DNA of 64,000 nucleotides, from positions 49,576 through 113,575 of the forward strand of contig CAZIZX010000001.1 of the NCBI GenBank assembly GCA_964544275.1, in the 5' to 3' direction. This document shows, one piece after another, positions 49,909-60,597 of this stretch. The DNA is from an uncultured Gammaproteobacteria bacterium (GTDB lineage Bacteria; Patescibacteriota; Microgenomatia; UBA12405). The position numbers were made by a program, and so were the translations under genes. How positions within the stretch are numbered: the first letter of the stretch is position 1; every line of letters starts with the position of its first letter. The notes under the pieces were generated by a model. The model did not search any database and was not told where the DNA came from. It saw only the letters and a program-made list of their open reading frames with translations.

Positions 49909-50544
49909 ATGAAAGTCAAAGTATACGACATTAACGCCAAAGAAATTGACCAAATAACTCTGCCATCTTCAATTTTTTCGGCCAAAATTTCTAACGACTT
50001 AATCACCAAATCAGTTCGTGCTTATCTGGGAAATCAACGCAAAGCTCAAGCCAAGGCCAAAAATAGAGCCGAAGTTTCCGGTACCACCAAAAAAATCTGG
50101 GCCCAAAAGGGCACTGGACGTGCCCGCCATGGTAGCACCAAAGCTCCGATTTTTGTTGGCGGCGGCGTCGCCCATGGTCCTCGTGGTCTTCAAAATTACA
50201 AAATAAAACTTAACAAAAAAGAAAAAACTTTGGCCGTCAAATCGATATTATCTAAGTTTGCCGCCAACAAAGGCATTATTGTTGTTGACGGTATCAACAA
50301 AATTCAGCCTAAAACCAAAATCGCCCAGAAACTAATTACTAACCTCAAAGAAGGCAACAAGGATTTGGGGAAAAGTAAAAATATAGCTTTAATTACCACT
50401 GAAACATTAATTAATGTTAAAAGAGCTTTCGGTAATTTACCTGAAGTCAACTTACTAAACCTTAAGTCACTAAATACCTACAAATTATCTCGCCAAAACT
50501 ATTTAATCTTTAGTAAAAAGGCCGTTAAAGGATTAGAAAAATAA
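49909..50544 (+). CDS. rplD: 50S ribosomal protein L4
   Basis: KGTGRARHGS ... PIFVGGGVAHGP motifs. 211 aa. Confidence 0.9.
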   Translation: MKVKVYDINAKEIDQITLPSSIFSAKISNDLITKSVRAYLGNQRKAQAKAKNRAEVSGTTKKIWAQKGTGRARHGSTKAPIFVGGGVAHGPRGLQNYKIKLNKKEKTLAVKSILSKFAANKGIIVVDGINKIQPKTKIAQKLITNLKEGNKDLGKSKNIALITTETLINVKRAFGNLPEVNLLNLKSLNTYKLSRQNYLIFSKKAVKGLEK

Positions 50545-50546
50545 TT

Positions 50547-50852
50547 ATGATTCCCAGTAATATCGAACACATACTGCTCAAACCTATAATTACTGAAAAA
50601 TCCTTACTCAGGCAACAGGAAGGCAAATATTCCTTTTGGATCAGTCAAAGTGCCAACAAATACCAGGTTGCCACCACCTTTGAAAGTTTATTTAACGTCA
50701 AGCCAGTTCGGGTCAATATTAGTGTCATCAAAGGAAAAACTAAAACTAATTGGAAAAACAGAAAAACTATAATAAAATCAAACCGTAAAAAAGCCATCGT
50801 TACCATAGATAAAAAAGAAAAAATTGATTTGTTAACTATCAAAACAAAATAA
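50547..50852 (+). CDS. rplW: 50S ribosomal protein L23
   Basis: L23-like sequence of 101 aa (ILLKPIITEKS) at the conserved position. Confidence 0.85.
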   Translation: MIPSNIEHILLKPIITEKSLLRQQEGKYSFWISQSANKYQVATTFESLFNVKPVRVNISVIKGKTKTNWKNRKTIIKSNRKKAIVTIDKKEKIDLLTIKTK

Positions 50853-50853
50853 A

Positions 50854-51603
50854 ATGATTAAACCCAAAAAATTATTAACCATTAAAAAGAAAACTAGCGG
50901 GCGTGATTCCCAAGGTCATATTTCGGTTCGACACCGGGGTGGCCAACACAAGCGGTTTTTACGCCACATTGATTGGAAGCGCAATAATGTTGACATTAAG
51001 GCAAAAGTAATCTCAATCGAATACGACCCCAATCGAACTGCCAATATCGCTCTTTTGTTTTACACTAATGGCAGCAAATCTTATATTCTTGCTCCTTCAA
51101 ATCTGAAAGTGGGTGATATAATATATTCGTCTAACGACACCGCACCCATAAAAGATGGCCACAGACTTCCTCTCAAAAGCATCCCCGTTGGTGTTCCCGT
51201 CCATGCTCTTGAATTGACTCCCGGGAAAGGGGCTCAAATCGTCAAAAGTGCTGGAACTGCAGCCTACGTCCAAAGTGTTGACGGTGACAAAGCTGTTATC
51301 AAGCTTCCTTCAGGAGAACTTCGCCTTTTCCATTCAGAAAGCAAGGCTACTGTCGGACAAGTAGGAAACTCTGAGCATTTTAATCAAAAACTTACCAAAG
51401 CCGGTCAAAATCGCCATCGTGGTTTTCGACCGACAGTCAGGGGAGTTGCCCAACACCCGAATTCGCACCCTCATGGCGGCGGCGAAGGTCGAAGTTCAGT
51501 CGGTATGCATCCCAAAACACCCTGGGGCCGACCGGCTATGGGCAAAAAGACCAGAAAATTAAAGAAAAAATCAAATAAATTAATTATTAAACGGGCAAAA
51601 TAA
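50854..51603 (+). CDS. rplB: 50S ribosomal protein L2
   Basis: [17 protein letters not shown]-terminus and the C-terminal GGGEGR ... motif. 249 aa. Confidence 0.9.
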   Translation: MIKPKKLLTIKKKTSGRDSQGHISVRHRGGQHKRFLRHIDWKRNNVDIKAKVISIEYDPNRTANIALLFYTNGSKSYILAPSNLKVGDIIYSSNDTAPIKDGHRLPLKSIPVGVPVHALELTPGKGAQIVKSAGTAAYVQSVDGDKAVIKLPSGELRLFHSESKATVGQVGNSEHFNQKLTKAGQNRHRGFRPTVRGVAQHPNSHPHGGGEGRSSVGMHPKTPWGRPAMGKKTRKLKKKSNKLIIKRAK

Positions 51604-51605
51604 TC

Positions 51606-51872
51606 GTGAGAAGTTCAAAAAAAGGTCCGTACGTTGACCAAAATATTATAAAAAAATTAGACAAGGGCGAAACTACCATCCAGACTTACGCTCGGGCCAG
51701 TCAAATCGCGCCCGAATTTATCGGTAAAACATTCTCTGTTCATAATGGTCGTCGATTCATCAACGTCTTTATTACTGAAGACATGGTCGGACACCGCTTG
51801 GGTGAATTTTCTCAAACCAGGACCTTTAAAGGTCATGGACGTGTCGTCAAAAGGGTTATTGAAAAAACGTAA
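51606..51872 (+). CDS. rpsS: 30S ribosomal protein S19
   Basis: GTG start; SSKKGPYVD ... [36 protein letters not shown]. Confidence 0.9.
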   Translation: MRSSKKGPYVDQNIIKKLDKGETTIQTYARASQIAPEFIGKTFSVHNGRRFINVFITEDMVGHRLGEFSQTRTFKGHGRVVKRVIEKT

Positions 51873-51882
51873 ACCAACAATT

Positions 51883-52308
51883 ATGCCAGCCAAAAAAGTA
51901 ATCAAAGAAACACCAAAAATTGAAACCCAAAAAGAACCTGTTGTCGAGGTGGCAATCAGTACCAAAACCGCCCGTTATTTGGATAAAAATATTAAAATAT
52001 CACCTCGAAAACTCAGGCTACTGGCGACAACCATAAAATCAGTTGGACCATCTGTTGCCTTGACTCAGTTAAAGTTCACCAATACCAAATCTGCCCGCAT
52101 TTTATCTAAGGCCATCCAAAATGTCATTGCCACCGCCAAGAATAATTACTCTATTGACCCTGAAACTTTAACCTTCGACACCGTCAAGGTCGACGAAGGT
52201 CTAAAGATTAAAAGGATGGACAAGTCTCATGGGTCCCGATTCGCTCGAGGTCTAATTCAAAAGAGACATAGCCGTCTTGAAATAATTGTTAAAGGAGAAA
52301 CCAAGTAA
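51883..52308 (+). CDS. rplV: 50S ribosomal protein L22 (with Lys-rich N-terminal extension)
   Basis: ISPRKLRLLATTIKSVG ... L22 core. I chose the ATG at 51883, after the S19 stop, over the overlapping ORF-track start at 51745. Confidence 0.85.
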   Translation: MPAKKVIKETPKIETQKEPVVEVAISTKTARYLDKNIKISPRKLRLLATTIKSVGPSVALTQLKFTNTKSARILSKAIQNVIATAKNNYSIDPETLTFDTVKVDEGLKIKRMDKSHGSRFARGLIQKRHSRLEIIVKGETK

Positions 52309-52943
52309 TGGGTCAAAAAATAAATCCTATCAGTTTCCGTCTGGAAACAGTCAAGAACAGTCCTGAATGGCAGTCCTCTTGGTTTGCCAACCAAAGTAAA
52401 TATTCTCAGTATCTGCTTGAAGATAAATCAATCAGGGATTATATCCAAAAAAAATTATATTCTGCCGGTATAGTATCGATTCGTATTGAAAGGTCTACCA
52501 AAAGAATCAAATTAATTTTGGTAGTTAGCCGTCCGGGTCTTGTCATCGGTCGTGGCGGCAAAGAACTTGAAGCTCTCAAAAAAGAACTACTCAAATTATT
52601 GCCCAAAACCAAACAAAACATCGATATTCAGGTGGAAGAGTTCAAGCAAAGTGATTTGTCAGCCAAACTTATTGCCGAAAAAATTGCCTACCAACTTACC
52701 AAAAGAATGCCTTACCGCCGAGTCGTTCTTTCCTCAATGGAAAAAACTATAGCCGCTGGCGCCAAGGGTATAAAAATTATTTTATCCGGAAGAATTAACG
52801 GAGCTGAAATTAGCCGTCGGGAAAAGTTCTCTTTAGGAACTGTCCCTCTTAGCACTATCAGAAGTAAAATTGATTATTACCAATGTCCTTCTTTAACCAG
52901 ATCGGGCTACATTGGGGTTAAAGTTTATCTGTGTTTAATCTAA
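52308..52943 (+). CDS. rpsC: 30S ribosomal protein S3
   Basis: [12 protein letters not shown] ... KH domain [16 protein letters not shown]. 211 aa. Confidence 0.9.
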   Translation: MGQKINPISFRLETVKNSPEWQSSWFANQSKYSQYLLEDKSIRDYIQKKLYSAGIVSIRIERSTKRIKLILVVSRPGLVIGRGGKELEALKKELLKLLPKTKQNIDIQVEEFKQSDLSAKLIAEKIAYQLTKRMPYRRVVLSSMEKTIAAGAKGIKIILSGRINGAEISRREKFSLGTVPLSTIRSKIDYYQCPSLTRSGYIGVKVYLCLI

Positions 52944-52953
52944 GGAAACAACT

Positions 52954-53355
52954 ATGTTGCAACCAAGTCGCACCAAATACCGAAAACAATTCCGCGGCAA
53001 AATGCGAGGTAACTCTAAAGGCTACTTGGTTGCCTTCGGAGATTTTGGTTTAAAAGCCATGGACCGAGGTTGGATCACCGCCAATCAAATCGAAGCTGCT
53101 CGTCGTGCCATTACTCACGCCACCAAAAGAAACGGCCGCATGTGGATTCGAGTCTTTCCCGACAAACCCATTACCGAAAAACCCGGTGTTCACATGGGTG
53201 CTGGCAAAGGTGACGTCAAAGGTTATGTAGCTGTTATTCGACCTGGAAAAATTCTTTTTGAAGTATCCGGAGTTGCCGAAGCCGAAGCTCGTGAGGCCCT
53301 CAAACTGGCATCTGCCAAAATCCCGATTATCACCAAAATAATTAAAAGAACATAA
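52954..53355 (+). CDS. rplP: 50S ribosomal protein L16
   Basis: [19 protein letters not shown] ... L16 family. 133 aa. Confidence 0.9.
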   Translation: MLQPSRTKYRKQFRGKMRGNSKGYLVAFGDFGLKAMDRGWITANQIEAARRAITHATKRNGRMWIRVFPDKPITEKPGVHMGAGKGDVKGYVAVIRPGKILFEVSGVAEAEAREALKLASAKIPIITKIIKRT

Positions 53356-53366
53356 GGCTGGCAATT

Positions 53367-53576
53367 ATGAAAAAAACTGATAAAATTGCGTATCAACAAA
53401 ATAGTCGTGAAGAGCTGAATAAACGTCTCGTGGAGCTAAAAACTAAGCTGGTTGAAGACAAAGCTAAGCATGCATCGGGTAATATAAAAGACACTTCCGT
53501 CTTCAAAAAAATGCGTTCTGAAATTGCTCTTATCTCGACATTAATTAACATAAAAGAAAATGAACAAAAAAGTTAA
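53367..53576 (+). CDS. rpmC: 50S ribosomal protein L29
   Basis: A 69-aa helical protein at the conserved L16-L29-S17 position. The ELNKRLVELKTKLVE pattern is typical of L29. Confidence 0.8.
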   Translation: MKKTDKIAYQQNSREELNKRLVELKTKLVEDKAKHASGNIKDTSVFKKMRSEIALISTLINIKENEQKS

Positions 53577-53832
53577 AAAAAACAGTCAGACTAAAGCCGG
53601 CAAGATATTTACGGGAATAGTTGTGTCGGACAAGATGAATAATACTATTGTTATATCCATGGCCTACACCAGTCGTCACCCTTTATACAAAAAAATCGTC
53701 AAAAAGAACAAAAAAATCTATGCCGAGAATAATCTGGGAGCCAAATCCGGCGATACTGTCAAAGTCAGAGAAACCCGACCTTTAAGCAAACTAAAAAGAT
53801 TCACCACTTTAGAAATACTTAAGTCTGTATAA
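53560..53832 (+). CDS. rpsQ: 30S ribosomal protein S17
   Basis: [16 protein letters not shown] ... S17 OB-fold. Overlaps the end of rpmC by 17 nt. Confidence 0.85.
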   Translation: MNKKVKKNSQTKAGKIFTGIVVSDKMNNTIVISMAYTSRHPLYKKIVKKNKKIYAENNLGAKSGDTVKVRETRPLSKLKRFTTLEILKSV

Positions 53833-53834
53833 AC

Positions 53835-54203
53835 ATGATCCAACTAAGAAGCATTATCAAACCAGCCGATAACTGTGGGGCCAAAAAAGTCCAGGTCATC
53901 CATGTTTACAATGGATTTCACCATAAAACCGGCACTATTGGCGACATCGTTCTGGCCGTTGTCAAAGAAGCCATCCCCAACGGTATGGTCAAAAAAAAGG
54001 AAAAAGTAAAAATGGTTATTGTCCGCACCAAAAAAGAAATTGCCCGAAACGACGGGTCTTATATTCGTTTTTCTGACAATGCTGGTGTCGTTATCGATTC
54101 ACAAAAAAATCCTCGCGGTACTAGAATATTCGGGCCAATTGCCCGTGAAATAAAAGATGCCGGATTCAGTAAAATTGCTTCCATGGCCAAGGAGGTTTAC
54201 TAA
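53835..54203 (+). CDS. rplN: 50S ribosomal protein L14
   Basis: [24 protein letters not shown] ... L14 family. 122 aa. Confidence 0.9.
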   Translation: MIQLRSIIKPADNCGAKKVQVIHVYNGFHHKTGTIGDIVLAVVKEAIPNGMVKKKEKVKMVIVRTKKEIARNDGSYIRFSDNAGVVIDSQKNPRGTRIFGPIAREIKDAGFSKIASMAKEVY

Positions 54204-54204
54204 A

Positions 54205-54531
54205 ATGAAGATATTAAAAGGTGACAAAGTTAAAGTATTAATTGGAAAAGATAAGGGTCGACAGGGAGAAGTTGTTAAGTCTTTTCCCAAAACCAGTCGC
54301 GTTCTTGTCCATGGTCTCAATATTGTCAAAAAACACCAGAAAGGTCAACAAGGTCAGCCTGGAGGCATTATTGAAATCGAAAAACCTCTTTATATTTCCA
54401 AGCTTGGCCTGATTTGCCCTAATTGTCAAAAAACTACCAGAGTTGGTTATCAAATTGATAAAACAGGCGATAAATATCGAATCTGTCGTAAATGCCAAAA
54501 CATTATTGAAACCAAAACAACCAAAAAATAA
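54205..54531 (+). CDS. rplX: 50S ribosomal protein L24 with a C-terminal Cys4 zinc-ribbon
   Basis: GGAGG RBS, KOW motif VLIGKDKGRQGEVV, then CPNC-x17-CRKC replacing the usual C-terminal beta-hairpin. I chose the ATG at 54205 over the ORF-track start at 54157. Confidence 0.85.
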   Translation: MKILKGDKVKVLIGKDKGRQGEVVKSFPKTSRVLVHGLNIVKKHQKGQQGQPGGIIEIEKPLYISKLGLICPNCQKTTRVGYQIDKTGDKYRICRKCQNIIETKTTKK

Positions 54532-54533
54532 CT

Positions 54534-55070
54534 ATGTTGAATATAGAAATAAAACAAATTAACGAAAAGTTGAAAAAGGAGATGAAGGGCAAGAACATAC
54601 ACGCTCTTCCTCAGATCAAAAAAGTCGTTATTAACTACCGCGTGCCCGATGCTCGCGAAAGTCAAGAGTCTCTAAATAACGCTATTACTGAAATAACCGC
54701 CATCACCGGCCAAAAACCAATGTTAGCTAAAGCTAAAAAATCTGTTGCTACTTTCAAACTAAGACAAGGTGATCCCTTGGCCCTCAAGGTAACACTAAGA
54801 GGCGAAAGAATGTATGACTTTATCGAAAAACTATTTAACATAGTATTGGCCAGGCTAAGAGATTTCAAAGGCATGCCGCAATCCTCTTTCGATCAAGCCG
54901 GAAATTACAACATGGTCATCAAAGATCAGACAATTTTCCCCGAAATTAATCTTGATAAAGTGACCAAAATTAGGTCAGTTCAGGTTAGTATTAACATATC
55001 ATCTTCTTCCATTGAAGAGTCAAAAATGTTATTATCCGCCCTAGGATTTCCATTCGAAAAACAACCATAA
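54534..55070 (+). CDS. rplE: 50S ribosomal protein L5
   Basis: L5-family sequence of 178 aa ([10 protein letters not shown] ... QTIFPEI). Confidence 0.9.
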   Translation: MLNIEIKQINEKLKKEMKGKNIHALPQIKKVVINYRVPDARESQESLNNAITEITAITGQKPMLAKAKKSVATFKLRQGDPLALKVTLRGERMYDFIEKLFNIVLARLRDFKGMPQSSFDQAGNYNMVIKDQTIFPEINLDKVTKIRSVQVSINISSSSIEESKMLLSALGFPFEKQP

Positions 55071-55072
55071 TT

Positions 55073-55258
55073 ATGGCTACAAAAGCAAAAATTGCTCGAG
55101 AAAAGAAAAAATTAAAGCACCCGGTTATGTATCATAATCGATGCCAAATTTGCGGCCGTCCCCGTGCATTTATCCGACTTTTTGGTCTGTGCCGTATTTG
55201 TTTTAGAGGTTTAGCCAACGAGGGAATGCTTCCCGGTGTCAAAAAGGCCAGCTGGTAA
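55073..55258 (+). CDS. rpsZ: 30S ribosomal protein S14, zinc-binding type Z
   Basis: 61 aa with CQICGRP ... CRIC. Confidence 0.9.
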   Translation: MATKAKIAREKKKLKHPVMYHNRCQICGRPRAFIRLFGLCRICFRGLANEGMLPGVKKASW

Positions 55259-55261
55259 ACT

Positions 55262-55651
55262 ATGATCAACTCACCTTCAACTGATTTCTTAATTAGGATC
55301 AAAAACGGCTATAAAGCCAGTCGCAAGAGCATTAATGCCCCTTACTCAAAATTTTGCGAATCAATTACCAAGATTCTCGAAAAACACAATTTGATTGAAA
55401 CTTACCAGGTTATCGAAGATGGTCACAAAGTCTTAAATCTTAAATTAAGATATATTAACAAACAACCTGTCGTCAACGAAGTCAAACTGTTCTCCAAACC
55501 AGGAAGAAGGTTGTATGAAAAATCTTCATCTATTCCCTGGGGTATGACGCCTGGATCGTTAATAATTATTTCAACTTCCCAGGGACTTATGTCCCAAAAA
55601 GAAGCCGTTTCCAGGAAATTAGGCGGCGAGCTTATTGCCGAAGTATATTAA
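55262..55651 (+). CDS. rpsH: 30S ribosomal protein S8
   Basis: S8-family sequence of 129 aa at the conserved position (DFLIRIKNG). Confidence 0.9.
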   Translation: MINSPSTDFLIRIKNGYKASRKSINAPYSKFCESITKILEKHNLIETYQVIEDGHKVLNLKLRYINKQPVVNEVKLFSKPGRRLYEKSSSIPWGMTPGSLIIISTSQGLMSQKEAVSRKLGGELIAEVY

Positions 55652-55652
55652 T

Positions 55653-56192
55653 ATGTCCAGAATAGGCAAGCAACCAGTACTAATTCCGTCTGATGTTACC
55701 GTAACTGTAGACAAAAAAACCGTTACTGTTGTCGGTACAAAGGGCACCTTGACTCTCAAAGTGCCATCAAAGATTGATGTAACAGTGCAGACTAATCAAG
55801 TTATTATCAGCCGCCGTTCTGAAGATAAAAAAGTCAAAGCCAATCACGGTAGTACCAGAGCCCATATCAAAAATATGGTCGAAGGTGTCGTTAATCATTG
55901 GAAAAAAGAACTTGAAATTAGAGGAACTGGTTATAAATTTGCTCTTCAGGGCAACAAGCTCGTAGTCAACGCCGGATATATTCATCCGGTCGGTATAACT
56001 GCCCCGACAGGAATTCAATTCCAAATCCCTGAGGACACTCGAGTTATTGTTACCGGACCAGACAAGACAATTGTTGGTCAAGTAGCCAGCAATATTAGAA
56101 AGATACGCAAACCTGAACCTTATAAGGGTAAAGGGATTCGTTATATCGATGAGTTTATTAAACTTAAAGCCGGCAAAACTGCCAAGGCATAA
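55653..56192 (+). CDS. rplF: 50S ribosomal protein L6
   Basis: MSRIGKQPVLIPSDVTV ... L6 family. I chose the ATG at 55653, immediately after the S8 stop. Confidence 0.9.
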   Translation: MSRIGKQPVLIPSDVTVTVDKKTVTVVGTKGTLTLKVPSKIDVTVQTNQVIISRRSEDKKVKANHGSTRAHIKNMVEGVVNHWKKELEIRGTGYKFALQGNKLVVNAGYIHPVGITAPTGIQFQIPEDTRVIVTGPDKTIVGQVASNIRKIRKPEPYKGKGIRYIDEFIKLKAGKTAKA

Positions 56193-56201
56193 ATTTAAAC
56201 T

Positions 56202-56546
56202 ATGATTACGCACGATGCAAAATTAAGAAGACTCAAAAAAGTCAGAAAACAGTTAGCCGCTAATATCGGCATACCCCGACTTTCTGTTTTCCGAAGCAAT
56301 CGTCATATTTGGGCACAGATAATTGACGATAAACACGGTAAAACTCTAGTCTCTACTTCCAGCAAAGCCCTTTCTCTTAAAAAAGGCAACAAAACACAAC
56401 AAGCTGATGAAGTTGGTAAAAATATTGCTAAATTAGCTATAGAAAAAAAAATAAGTTATGTTAAATTTGATCGTGGCCTGTATCGTTATCACGGTCGTGT
56501 CAAAGCCTTGGCACAAGCGGCCCGAGCAGGTGGTTTAAAATTCTAA
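56202..56546 (+). CDS. rplR: 50S ribosomal protein L18
   Basis: RLSVFRSNRHIWAQIIDD ... L18 family. 114 aa. Confidence 0.9.
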   Translation: MITHDAKLRRLKKVRKQLAANIGIPRLSVFRSNRHIWAQIIDDKHGKTLVSTSSKALSLKKGNKTQQADEVGKNIAKLAIEKKISYVKFDRGLYRYHGRVKALAQAARAGGLKF

Positions 56547-56549
56547 AAT

Positions 56550-57041
56550 ATGAATCAACAAGAAGATAGACAATTCCAAAAATACGAAAAACCCGAATCA
56601 GAATTTACCGAAAAAGTAGTTCAAATTAAAAGGGTATCCAAAAAAACCAAAGGTGGAAATCAAATTTCCTTCACTGCCTTAGTCGTCAGTGGTGACAAAA
56701 AATCCCGGGTTGGAGTTGGTCTTGGCAAAGCTAAAAGTGTTGCTGATGCTATTCAAAAAGGTGCCAAAAGAGCCAAAAAAACCATGATTGAAATTCCCAT
56801 TATTAACGGTACTATTCCCAACGCTGTCAGGCTAAAGTACAAAGGCGCTATTATTATCATTCGGCCGGGCAAGACCGGAAGTGGACTTATCGCCGGCGGT
56901 CCTATTCGCTCGGTTGTTGAACTTGGCGGTATCAAAGATGTTGTTAGCAAAATTATCGGATCCAAAAATAAGGCAATTAATGTTTGGGCTACTATGAAAG
57001 CTTTGACATTTTTGGATAAAAACCATGGAAACACTCAATAA
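56550..57041 (+). CDS. rpsE: 30S ribosomal protein S5
   Basis: S5 dsRBD plus C-terminal domain (VVQIKRVSKKTKGG ... GSGLIAGGPIR). 163 aa. Confidence 0.9.
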   Translation: MNQQEDRQFQKYEKPESEFTEKVVQIKRVSKKTKGGNQISFTALVVSGDKKSRVGVGLGKAKSVADAIQKGAKRAKKTMIEIPIINGTIPNAVRLKYKGAIIIIRPGKTGSGLIAGGPIRSVVELGGIKDVVSKIIGSKNKAINVWATMKALTFLDKNHGNTQ

Positions 57042-57474
57042 CTTATCAAAAACTACCACTAAAAAAGCCAAAAGAATCGGTCGTGGCTATGGATCTGGAG
57101 TTGGCGGTCATACTACCGGACGTGGCACCAAAGGCGACAAAGCCAGAGGCAAGACCAAGTTGACCTTTGATGGTAGCAAAATCAAAAAATCGTGGATCAA
57201 AAGACTTCCTTTCATGAAAGGAAAGCACCGATTATTAAGCAAAAACAACGTTGTTACTATAAACCTCAATCAGCTCGATAAATTGTTCAAAACAGCCTCA
57301 GTTGTTGATTCTAAAAAAGTAATTGAAACCTTAAAAATAAAAACCACAGCCAGAACTTTCATCAAAATTTTGTCTACTGGCGAAATCAACAAAGCCTTAA
57401 CCATAAAATCCGACATCATATTGTCGAAGCAAGCCAAAGAGAAAATTTTAAAAGCCGGTGGTAAGATAGATTAA
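57025..57474 (+). CDS. rplO: 50S ribosomal protein L15
   Basis: [22 protein letters not shown] motif. Overlaps the end of rpsE by 17 nt, leaving no L30 gene between them. Confidence 0.9.
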   Translation: METLNNLSKTTTKKAKRIGRGYGSGVGGHTTGRGTKGDKARGKTKLTFDGSKIKKSWIKRLPFMKGKHRLLSKNNVVTINLNQLDKLFKTASVVDSKKVIETLKIKTTARTFIKILSTGEINKALTIKSDIILSKQAKEKILKAGGKID

Positions 57475-58754
57475 TGAAGCAATTAGCTAAGTCTCTCTCA
57501 CTGTACATTGAAGGCTTAAAAGCACCCCTCCTTAGGAAGAAACTATTAATAACCATTGGCATACTTGCCCTTTTTCGCTTTATTGCCCACATCCCCGTGC
57601 CCGGAGTAAACTTAGGACTACTTAGAAGCTTTTTTGCCCAAAACCAGCTCCTTTCACTGCTTGACATCTTCTCCGGCGGTACCCTGGCTAACTTTTCTGT
57701 AGTCGCCCTCGGTCTGAATCCTTACATCAACGCTTCTGTCATGATGCAATTGCTTACTTTAGTTATTCCTCAGCTCGAAGAACTCCAAAAAGAGGGTGAA
57801 TATGGTCGGTCCAAAATCAATCAGTACGTCAGAATAGCCACAATTCCCATATCACTTATTCAGTCTCTTGGAATGTACGGTATCTTGCGTTCCCAAAACA
57901 TTATTTCTAACTTACCACCCCTCACTCTCATCGCCCTTATTGTCAGTATGGTAGCCGGCACTATGATTATGATATTTTTAGGCGAACTCATCAACAATTA
58001 TGGCGTGGGCAACGGCATCTCAATGCTCATCTTTGCTGGCATCATAGCCAGACTTCCGGTCAGCTTTTTCCAGACTCTAAATATTACTGACTTTTCCAAT
58101 CCCCAAACTGGAATGAACTTGTTAATCTTTGTCCTTTTGGCTATCGGTATGGTGCTTGGTATCGTCATGGTTGAAGAAGCAGTTTTGCGGGTTCCCGTTG
58201 GCTATGCCAAAAGGGCCCAAACCACATATTTACCCATAAAAGTCGATACCGCCGGAGTTATGCCCATCATCTTCGCCGTTTCGTTAGCCACCGTTCCATC
58301 CCTGATTGGTCAGTTTTTGGGCAGACTTCCGTATCCTTTGGTGGCCAATACGGCCAACTCTATTGCCCGCCTGTTTAATCCAGGAGGTTACCCCTATATC
58401 CTTTTCTATTTCTTCTTGGTTATTGGTTTTACCTACTTTTATACCTCAGTTGTCTTCAAGCCCAAAGATATCGCCGAGGAACTTAGAAAATCCGGAGGCT
58501 TTATTCCCGGTATTCGTCCCGGCGCTGCTACCGAAAAAAGACTTCAATATTTAATTAATCGCGTTTTGGTTATTGGAGCCGTCTTCTTGGGTTTCATTGC
58601 TGTTACTCCTTCTATAATCCAAAATTTTACTGGCATAACCACCCTAACTATAGGCGGAACCAGTATTCTTATCGTCGTTTCAGTTATTATTGAACTCACT
58701 CGCAAGATTGAGAACGTAGTTCAAACGTATAACTACGAAAAACTTACATATTAA
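57474..58754 (+). CDS. secY: preprotein translocase subunit SecY
   Basis: Ten predicted TM helices. Typical SecY N-terminus [27 protein letters not shown]. 426 aa. Confidence 0.9.
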   Translation: MKQLAKSLSLYIEGLKAPLLRKKLLITIGILALFRFIAHIPVPGVNLGLLRSFFAQNQLLSLLDIFSGGTLANFSVVALGLNPYINASVMMQLLTLVIPQLEELQKEGEYGRSKINQYVRIATIPISLIQSLGMYGILRSQNIISNLPPLTLIALIVSMVAGTMIMIFLGELINNYGVGNGISMLIFAGIIARLPVSFFQTLNITDFSNPQTGMNLLIFVLLAIGMVLGIVMVEEAVLRVPVGYAKRAQTTYLPIKVDTAGVMPIIFAVSLATVPSLIGQFLGRLPYPLVANTANSIARLFNPGGYPYILFYFFLVIGFTYFYTSVVFKPKDIAEELRKSGGFIPGIRPGAATEKRLQYLINRVLVIGAVFLGFIAVTPSIIQNFTGITTLTIGGTSILIVVSVIIELTRKIENVVQTYNYEKLTY

Positions 58755-58761
58755 AACAAGC

Positions 58762-59352
58762 ATGGCTTTAAACCTTTTCATAATTGGTCCATCCGGCTGC
58801 GGTAAAAGCACCCAAGCCCGTGCAATTGCCGAAAAATATAACTTAACTCACCTGTCTATGGGTCAGCTTCTTCGAGATGAAATTACTTCTGGATCGGAAC
58901 TGGGCACAACGGCCAAAGATTATCTTGATAGGGGAGTCTGGGCCCCGGACGAGCTCACTTTTTCTGTTCTCAAAAATAAATTAGAATCAATCGGGAACGC
59001 CAATTTTATTCTCGATGGTTACCCCCGTGCCTTAGCCCAGGGGCCACTGATCGAAAGTTACCTTCGGAAAAAAGTTCAGGAGATTAGTCTTTTAATCCAC
59101 TTAGCCGTGTCTGCCCAGGAAATCAGCCACAGAAGGTCACTTCAAGCCCAAGCTGGTACTCGTTTTTCCGACGCCGGTCGATCTGACGAGACTCCCGAGG
59201 CCATTGCTGCTCGACAAAAATCATATGATGAAACAATCGGACCTATATTAAACTATTTTAAAGACAGAAATAAGTTTTTAGAAATTGACGGCAATCGGCC
59301 TGTCGAGCCGATATTTATTGATATTTGCCAAAATATCGATAAAATACTATAA
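58762..59352 (+). CDS. adk: adenylate kinase
   Basis: P-loop GPSGCGKSTQA, LSMGQLLR and DGYPR motifs. 196 aa. Confidence 0.9.
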   Translation: MALNLFIIGPSGCGKSTQARAIAEKYNLTHLSMGQLLRDEITSGSELGTTAKDYLDRGVWAPDELTFSVLKNKLESIGNANFILDGYPRALAQGPLIESYLRKKVQEISLLIHLAVSAQEISHRRSLQAQAGTRFSDAGRSDETPEAIAARQKSYDETIGPILNYFKDRNKFLEIDGNRPVEPIFIDICQNIDKIL

Positions 59353-59364
59353 TATACACATTAG

Positions 59365-59571
59365 ATGGCTACAGAAGCAACCAAAAAAGGAGTGGTAACC
59401 GAAGTATTGCCCAACACGCTGTTCCGGGTAACTACAGAAGACAATCACGAAGTTATTGCCTATTTAGCCGGAAAATTAAGGATACACCGTATTCGGGTTA
59501 TGGCCGGAGACACCGTTACTTTAGTGCTGAGCCCTGACGGTGATAAGGCCAGGATAATATATCGCGGTTAA
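59365..59571 (+). CDS. infA: translation initiation factor IF-1
   Basis: 68-aa OB-fold: GVVTEVLPNTLFRV ... IIYRG. Confidence 0.9.
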   Translation: MATEATKKGVVTEVLPNTLFRVTTEDNHEVIAYLAGKLRIHRIRVMAGDTVTLVLSPDGDKARIIYRG

Positions 59572-59628
59572 ATCCAATTTAGTCTTTGATATTATCATTA
59601 TTTTAGGTTACAATATCCAAGCGTTATT

Positions 59629-59742
59629 ATGAAAGTCAAATCAAGTATTAGAGCTCGATGTAAAAATTGCAAAATCGTCATCCGCAAAGGAGTGAGGAGA
59701 GTTATTTGTTCTACCAAAAGACACACCCAAAAACAAGGATAA
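59629..59742 (+). CDS. rpmJ: 50S ribosomal protein L36 (not in the supplied ORF track)
   Basis: Manual translation gives [37 protein letters not shown], 37 aa with a C-x2-C ... C ... H zinc ribbon, at the conserved infA-rpmJ-rpsM position. Confidence 0.85.
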   Translation: MKVKSSIRARCKNCKIVIRKGVRRVICSTKRHTQKQG

Positions 59743-59745
59743 CAC

Positions 59746-60165
59746 ATGAGAATAGCCGGAGTAGAAATACCAGATAATGAAAGAGCCGAAATCGGCTTAA
59801 CCAGGTTTTATGGCATTGGACGTACCAATGTGGTTCAATTAGCCAAAAAGGCCAACATCAAACTTGACACCAGGATTAAAGATTTATCCCGCGATGATAT
59901 CAGTAGCCTAATGAAAGCCCTGGAAACTATTGTTACCGAAGGTGATCTGAAAAAAGAGATCAGAGACAACATCGATCGTCTCAAGGCCATAAAATGTTAT
60001 CGTGGTATCCGCCATATTGTCGGACTACCGGCCAATGGCCAGAGGACCAAAACGAATGCCCGCACCCGAAAAGGCCGCAAGAAAACCGTTGGTTCCCTTA
60101 CCAAGGAAGCATGGGCAAAAATTGAAACTCAGCAAAATGCTGCTTCGATTGCCAAAAATAAGTAA
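59746..60165 (+). CDS. rpsM: 30S ribosomal protein S13
   Basis: [26 protein letters not shown] ... S13 family. 139 aa. Confidence 0.9.
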   Translation: MRIAGVEIPDNERAEIGLTRFYGIGRTNVVQLAKKANIKLDTRIKDLSRDDISSLMKALETIVTEGDLKKEIRDNIDRLKAIKCYRGIRHIVGLPANGQRTKTNARTRKGRKKTVGSLTKEAWAKIETQQNAASIAKNK

Positions 60166-60170
60166 TAATC

Positions 60171-60587
60171 ATGAATTCCAAAACCAAATCACCTACCACA
60201 ACTGCCAAAACATCAACCAAGAAAAAAGCTCCCAAAAGCTTTGTCGAGGGCAGACTTTACGTTAAGTCTTCATTTAACAACACTATCGTTACGGTTACCG
60301 ACCCGAAAGGAAACACCATCACCTGGTCTAGTTCGGGACAGTGTGGCTTTAAGGGAGCCAGGAAGTCGACTCCTTTTGCTGCTACCACTGCCATCGAAAA
60401 AGCTCTTGATCAGGCCAAAGTTGTCGGTATCAAGAAATTATCAGTTTACCTTCAGGGTCCTGGCACTGGTCGCGATGCAGCCTTGCGATTCCTTCGAACC
60501 AAGAGAGATTTTGAGGTTGATATGATTTCTGATATCACCCCCATTCCTCACAATGGTCCCAGGCCTCCCAAACAAAGAAAAGTTTAA
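60171..60587 (+). CDS. rpsK: 30S ribosomal protein S11
   Basis: S11-family sequence of 138 aa (TITWSSSGQCGFKGARKSTPFAA). Confidence 0.9.
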   Translation: MNSKTKSPTTTAKTSTKKKAPKSFVEGRLYVKSSFNNTIVTVTDPKGNTITWSSSGQCGFKGARKSTPFAATTAIEKALDQAKVVGIKKLSVYLQGPGTGRDAALRFLRTKRDFEVDMISDITPIPHNGPRPPKQRKV

Positions 60588-60597
60588 CATAAATTAT

